DNA from: Thermoplasmata archaeon
GTDB lineage: Archaea > Thermoplasmatota > Thermoplasmata > Lutacidiplasmatales > UBA184
DNA length: 64,000 bases
Reading direction: 5' to 3'
NCBI GenBank assembly: GCA_027314915.1
Contig: DAHUZZ010000005.1
Location: 25,713-89,712, forward strand
Under the pieces are notes generated by a model. It saw only the letters and a list, made by a program, of their open reading frames with translations. It was not told the DNA's origin and made no database searches. Below are positions 59,324-64,000 of the stretch, piece after piece (position 1 is the first letter of the stretch; each line of letters begins with the position of its first letter). The position numbers and the translations under genes were made by a program.

Positions 59324-61132
59324 ATGACCACTCCCGCTGCACACACGACCGCCCTGCCGCGCGACGAAGGTCCCGCCGCCCGTAGGCGGATCAAGGAGCT
59401 CTCCGACCTGGCCGTGCTGATCGGCGGCCAGGGCGGCGACGGCACCCTGACCGTCGCGGACCTGTTGGGGCGCTACTTCCGAAAGCGCGGGCTCCATGTC
59501 TACACCTCGCGGAACGTGCTCTCGCGCATCCGGGGAGGTCACGCCGACTCGTCGATCCGGGCCTGCCGCGAGCCGATCGCGGCGATCAAGTCCCGGAACG
59601 ACCTGCTGGTCGCCTTCGATGCCGAATCGCTCGAGATCGGCAAGCCCGAGCTCGAACCGGACGGCCTCATCCTCTACGACTCCTCCGTCTTCCACTCCGA
59701 CCTTCCGAACGCGATCGGGTTCCCGTTCGCGACGCTCGCCGGCGGCAAGCTCGGCGCGCCCATCTACAAGAACACCACCGCCTACGGGGTGATCTCCCAG
59801 ATGATGGGGTTCGACCCCGTCCTCACCCGGTCGGTGATCGAGGAGCGGTTCCAGCGGCGCGGCGGGGAGCTGCTCGAGAAGAACCTCAAGGCGCTCGAGC
59901 TCGGGCGGGAGGCGGCGACCCAGAACCCCGATGCGATGGGACGCTGGACCGTGGCCGAGGGCTCGGCGACCCGCCACATCCTGACCACCGGCAACCAGGC
60001 GACCGCGCTCGGCTTCGTCGTGGGGGGCGGCCGGTTCTTCGCGGGCTACCCCATCACGCCCGCCACGGAGATCATGGAGTACCTCCAGCGGTACCTCCCC
60101 GCCTTCCACGGCGTCGTCCGGCAGGCCGAGGACGAGCTCGCCGCGGTGAACATGGTCATCGGCGCCTCCTACGCGGGGGCTCGGTCGATGACCTCGACGA
60201 GCGGCCCCGGCCTCGCCCTCATGACCGAGGGGATCGGCCACGCCGGCGCCGCCGAGGTCCCCCTCGTCGTGGCCGACTGCCAGCGCGTCGGCCCCTCCAC
60301 GGGGGAACCGACCCGGCACGAGCAGTCGGACCTGCTCCATCTCGCCCACATCGGCCACGGCGAGTTCCCCCGGTTCATCCTCGCGCCCGGGACCGTGGAG
60401 GACTGCTTCTACCTCACCGTCGACGCGCTCAACCTGGCCGAGAAGTGGAGGCTCCCCGTGCTGCTGCTCCTCGACCAGGCGCTCTGCCAGAACTCCGTCA
60501 CGAGCGATCCGTTCGACCTCGGCCGGGTGCACGTCGACCGCGGCCGGCGGCTCTCGCCCGAGGACGTGCAGAAGCTCGAGTCCTACCGCTACTACCAGTT
60601 CACCCCGGACGGCATCTCCCCCTACGCCCCGCCGGGCACCCCCGGCGTGACGAGCCAGGTCACCGGCAACGAGCACGACGAGTTCGGCCACGTCTCGGTG
60701 AACACCGCCAACCGGGTGAGGATGATGGCGAAACGGATGGGCAAGCTCGAGCACGCGCGGGACGAGCTGCCGCTCCCGCACCTCTACGGCGAGCCCGGCG
60801 CGAAGGTCGGGCTCATCGCCTACGGCAGCACGACCGGGGCGGTCCGCGAGGCGCAGGAGCTCCTCGCGCTCCGGGGGATCCCGACCCGGTTCTTCCAGTC
60901 CCGCACGATCTTCCCGGTCCAGACGCACACCCTCGAGCCGTTCCTGAAGGAGGTCGACGTGGCCTTCGTCGTGGAGTGCAACTACACCGGGCAGTACGGC
61001 CAGCTGATCCGCGAGGCGCTGCCGCAGCACCACGCGAAGCTCCGGCCGATCCTCAAGTACGACGGGCTCCCCTTCCGGGGACCCGACCTCGCCCATCGGG
61101 TCGAGGAGGTGCTCCATGGTCCAGTCCGCTAA
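59324..61132 (+). CDS. 2-oxoacid:ferredoxin oxidoreductase alpha (gamma-alpha fusion)
   Basis: GGQGGDG, SRIRGGH, AGYPITP, QAEDE, TSGPG, QRVGPSTG, EHDE. Confidence 0.95.
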   Translation: MTTPAAHTTALPRDEGPAARRRIKELSDLAVLIGGQGGDGTLTVADLLGRYFRKRGLHVYTSRNVLSRIRGGHADSSIRACREPIAAIKSRNDLLVAFDAESLEIGKPELEPDGLILYDSSVFHSDLPNAIGFPFATLAGGKLGAPIYKNTTAYGVISQMMGFDPVLTRSVIEERFQRRGGELLEKNLKALELGREAATQNPDAMGRWTVAEGSATRHILTTGNQATALGFVVGGGRFFAGYPITPATEIMEYLQRYLPAFHGVVRQAEDELAAVNMVIGASYAGARSMTSTSGPGLALMTEGIGHAGAAEVPLVVADCQRVGPSTGEPTRHEQSDLLHLAHIGHGEFPRFILAPGTVEDCFYLTVDALNLAEKWRLPVLLLLDQALCQNSVTSDPFDLGRVHVDRGRRLSPEDVQKLESYRYYQFTPDGISPYAPPGTPGVTSQVTGNEHDEFGHVSVNTANRVRMMAKRMGKLEHARDELPLPHLYGEPGAKVGLIAYGSTTGAVREAQELLALRGIPTRFFQSRTIFPVQTHTLEPFLKEVDVAFVVECNYTGQYGQLIREALPQHHAKLRPILKYDGLPFRGPDLAHRVEEVLHGPVR

Positions 61133-62000
61133 GTCGATCCCGTCGACCTGGTGCCCCGGCTGCGGCGACTTCGGCGTGCTCGCCGCCGTGAAGAAGGCGA
61201 TGGCGGAGCTCAAGATCCCGACGCACGAGACGGTGCTCGTCGGCGGGATCGGCTGCTCCGGCGGGATCCACAACTTCCTCGAGATCAACGGGATCCACGC
61301 GCTCCACGGCCGCCTGCTCGCGCAGGCGGTGGGCATCAAGCTCGCGAACCCGAAGCTCACCGTCATCGCCGCGGGCGGCGACGGCGACGGCTACGCCATC
61401 GGGATGGGGCACTTCATGCACGCGTTCAAGAAGAACGCCTCGATCCTCTACATCCTCATGATGAACGAGACCTACGGCCTGACCAAGGGCCAGGCCGCCC
61501 CGACGGCGCCGCTGGGGTACGAGGGGAACATCGAGCGGCCCTTCGACGGGATCCTGACCGCGCTCTCGCAGCAGGTCCCGAACTTCGTCGCCCGTTCCTT
61601 CTCCGGGGACCCCAAGGGGATGACCAAGATCCTCCTCGAGGCGATCCAGTTCAACCGCGAGGGCCGGGGCTTCGCCTTCGTGGAGGACCTCTCGCCCTGC
61701 GTCACCTACAACGACACCTACAAGGCGTGGCGCGAGAAGGTCCTCGACCTCTCGACCCTCCCCGGCTACGATCCCGCGGACCGGAAGGCGATCTTCCGGC
61801 TCTACCTCGAGACGATCGAGAAGGGACGCATCCCGATCGGCGTCATGCACCGCCCCCCGGCGGCGGACGCGGGGGCCGCCCCGGCCCCGGAATCGCTCGA
61901 GCTCAAGCTCCTCCCCGACCGCACCGGTCCCGTGGCGGCGGAGATCGGCGTGGCCGCGAACCAGGCCGCCTACCAGAAGCTCCTCCAGACGGTCGCCTAG
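61116..62000 (+). CDS. 2-oxoacid:ferredoxin oxidoreductase beta
   Basis: WCPGCGDF, GIGCS, HGR, GGDGD (TPP binding), YGLTKGQ, SPCVTYN. Confidence 0.95.
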   Translation: MVQSAKSIPSTWCPGCGDFGVLAAVKKAMAELKIPTHETVLVGGIGCSGGIHNFLEINGIHALHGRLLAQAVGIKLANPKLTVIAAGGDGDGYAIGMGHFMHAFKKNASILYILMMNETYGLTKGQAAPTAPLGYEGNIERPFDGILTALSQQVPNFVARSFSGDPKGMTKILLEAIQFNREGRGFAFVEDLSPCVTYNDTYKAWREKVLDLSTLPGYDPADRKAIFRLYLETIEKGRIPIGVMHRPPAADAGAAPAPESLELKLLPDRTGPVAAEIGVAANQAAYQKLLQTVA

Positions 62001-62061
62001 GACCGGGCGTGGCGGGGGATCGGGGCCCGGTGCGACCGGAGCCCGGGTCCGAGGTCGGCGC

Positions 62062-63432
62062 GTGAGCTGGATCGGCATCGACGACACCGACAGCCCGGGC
62101 GGCGGTTGCACGACCTTCGCGCTGACCGAGGTCCTCCGGGCGGTCCGGGCGGAGGGCTGGGACCTCCTCGGCGAGCCGCGGCTGGTCCGGCTCAACCCGA
62201 ACATCCCCTACAAGACCCGCGGGAACGCCGCGCTCGCCGCGCGCATCGGCCGGGGCCGGGGCCGCGCCCGGACCGTGGGGCAGCTCCCCGAGGGGCCCGT
62301 TCGGTCCTACGCGGACGGCGTCCCGCTCGGCCCCGAGGACGAGGCCGAGCTCTTCGAGGTGGCCTGGAAGGCCGTGATCGGCGCCGCCCGGAGCGGAGAA
62401 CCCGGGACGGACCCCGCGCTCGTGGTCGCGCCCCGCCGACTCCCGTCGGCGCTCTACTGGAGGGGCGTGCAGACGGTCGTCCCGATCGCGGAGGCCGAGC
62501 GGCTCCTGACGGCCGCGGGCGCCCGGTTCCGCGCGCTGGGCTCGCGCCAGGGGCTCGTCGGCGCGGCGGCGGCGGTCGCCTGGCCGGGGGCGCACCCCAC
62601 GTGGGAGCTCATCAGCTACCGCGGACCGGGCCGGGAGGGGCTCCCGCGGCGCGTCGAGCCGGCCTCGGTGCGGCGCGCGCAGCGGAGCTTCCCCGAGCTC
62701 TTCCTGTGCGAGGACCCGGCCACCCGGCGGATCCTCGTCGCGCCGCACACGCCCTGTCCGATCCTCTTCGGGCTCCGCGCCACCCGGCCCGGGCGGCTCG
62801 CGGCCGCCCGCCGGCTGATCCGGTCCGAGCCGGTCGAGCGGTGGCTCATCTTCCGGACGAACCAGGGCAGCGGCGATCACCTGAGCCGGAGGCCCGTCGC
62901 CGAACTCGGCCCCTTCGGCTCGACGGTGCTCTCGGGGGAGATCGATGCGCCGGTCGAGGTGGGCCCCGGCGGCCATGCCCGGTTCAGCCTCCGCACGCCC
63001 GGCGGAGCCCTCCTCCGCTGCGTGGCCTTCGAACCGACAAAGACGCTCCCGCGGCTCGCCGCCCGGCTGCGTCCGGGCGACCGGATCCGCGTCTGGGGAG
63101 GCCGGGCCACGGACGAGGCGCTCCGGCTCGAGGGCATCGAGGTGCTCCGGACGGTGCGCCGACGGGACGCGGGGGACAACCCCGTCTGCCCGCGCTGCGG
63201 GCGGGCGATGCCGAGCCTCGGCCGCGGCCGGGGGTTCCGTTGCCCGACCGACCACGTCCGCCGGCCGCCCGAGGCGCGCTCCGCGATCGAGCTCGTGTCC
63301 GCTCCCGCGCGCGGACGCTACCATCCGACCCCCTCCGCCCGTCGCCATCTCCACCCGCGGGCGCCCGAGCCCGGCCGACCCGGGGAGACGACCGTGCGCT
63401 GGTGGCGCCGGCCGCCGCGAACCGATTTATAG
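62062..63432 (+). CDS. tiaS: tRNA(Ile2) agmatidine synthetase
   Basis: IGIDDTDS.GGGCTT, RLNPNIPYKTRGNAA, PHTPCPILFGLR, TNQG.DH, FEPTK, C-terminal Zn ribbon. Confidence 0.95.
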   Translation: MSWIGIDDTDSPGGGCTTFALTEVLRAVRAEGWDLLGEPRLVRLNPNIPYKTRGNAALAARIGRGRGRARTVGQLPEGPVRSYADGVPLGPEDEAELFEVAWKAVIGAARSGEPGTDPALVVAPRRLPSALYWRGVQTVVPIAEAERLLTAAGARFRALGSRQGLVGAAAAVAWPGAHPTWELISYRGPGREGLPRRVEPASVRRAQRSFPELFLCEDPATRRILVAPHTPCPILFGLRATRPGRLAAARRLIRSEPVERWLIFRTNQGSGDHLSRRPVAELGPFGSTVLSGEIDAPVEVGPGGHARFSLRTPGGALLRCVAFEPTKTLPRLAARLRPGDRIRVWGGRATDEALRLEGIEVLRTVRRRDAGDNPVCPRCGRAMPSLGRGRGFRCPTDHVRRPPEARSAIELVSAPARGRYHPTPSARRHLHPRAPEPGRPGETTVRWWRRPPRTDL

Positions 63433-63472
63433 GGTCGAACGGCTTTCGCGCCATCCCGGAGCCCGCACGTCG

Positions 63473-64000
63473 ATGGTGAATCCCGTCGCCAAGACCGGCC
63501 TGCTGTTCGGGGTCATCATCGCCCTGTTCGTCTTCATCGGGGCGGTCATCGGGGAGTACCTCTTCGGGAGCTTCCTCCTCGGCCTGATCATCGCCTTCGC
63601 GCTGTCGCTCGTCCTGAACCTGGTCTCCTACTTCTTCTGCGTCCGCTTCGTCCTCTGGTCGACCGGCGCCAAGATCGTGACCCCCGCGGAGGCCCCCCGG
63701 CTCGCCAGGATCGTCGACGAGCTCGCCCCCCAGTTCGGCCTCGTCCGCCCGAGGCTCGCGATCGTGCCCACCCAGAGCCCCAACGCCTTCGCGACCGGGC
63801 GGAACGCCCACCACGCGGTCGTGGCGGCGACCGAGGGGATCCTCCGGCTGTGCAACGACCGCGAGCTGAGGGGCGTGCTGGCCCACGAGCTCGCCCACGT
63901 CAAGGACCAGGACATCCTGGTGATGACGTTCGCCGCGACCCTCGCCGGCGCCATCTCCTACATCGCGCAGTACTTCCTCTTCTCGCAGCTCTTCGGCGGC
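63473..64000 (+). CDS. htpX: HtpX-family M48 zinc metalloprotease (runs off the window edge)
   Basis: Manual translation: PNAFATGRNAHHAVVAATEGIL...GVLAHELAHVKDQD; TTTATA box at ~63426. Confidence 0.92.
   Translation, partial: MVNPVAKTGLLFGVIIALFVFIGAVIGEYLFGSFLLGLIIAFALSLVLNLVSYFFCVRFVLWSTGAKIVTPAEAPRLARIVDELAPQFGLVRPRLAIVPTQSPNAFATGRNAHHAVVAATEGILRLCNDRELRGVLAHELAHVKDQDILVMTFAATLAGAISYIAQYFLFSQLFGG

Noticed and set aside
1-64000. CRISPR arrays, IS elements, proviruses, defence systems, inteins, Sec/Pyl recoding
   Set aside because: I saw no regularly spaced repeats, transposase/integrase motifs, compositional islands or interrupted conserved genes by eye.

Overview
High-GC archaeal chromosomal segment. 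Gene content (thermopsin, giant AglB, Topo VI, TiaS, aEF-1beta, eS32/eL41, TATA-like boxes about 25-30 nt before start codons) points to class Thermoplasmata. Topo VI and the high GC argue against order Thermoplasmatales; a soil/sediment lineage such as Ca. Lutacidiplasmatales is a guess. The window is mostly core genome: an 11-subunit complex I-like operon (no NuoEFG) running on into a geranylgeranyl reductase and a long-chain prenyl synthase, top6BA, a Cu-ATPase locus, sucCD, coaBC, aglB, a 2-oxoacid chain-elongation operon ending in thiolase/DUF35, a 2-oxoacid:ferredoxin oxidoreductase, tiaS and htpX. I saw no mobile elements or CRISPR arrays. The best leads are: (1) a tRNA-His gene split by a 32-nt non-canonical T-loop (59/60) intron with a relaxed BHB motif; (2) a tightly coupled synthase/aconitase/dehydrogenase plus thiolase/DUF35 operon, divergent from an OFOR, with a palindromic operator candidate; (3) NuoI carrying an extra fused ferredoxin domain; (4) an orphan RnfD/NqrB-like protein with an unrecognised C-terminal domain; (5) a Cu locus divergent from a CGNR zinc-finger protein across a palindrome; (6) a highly structured ~250-nt intergenic region. 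All product calls rest on motif recognition by eye, not database searches.
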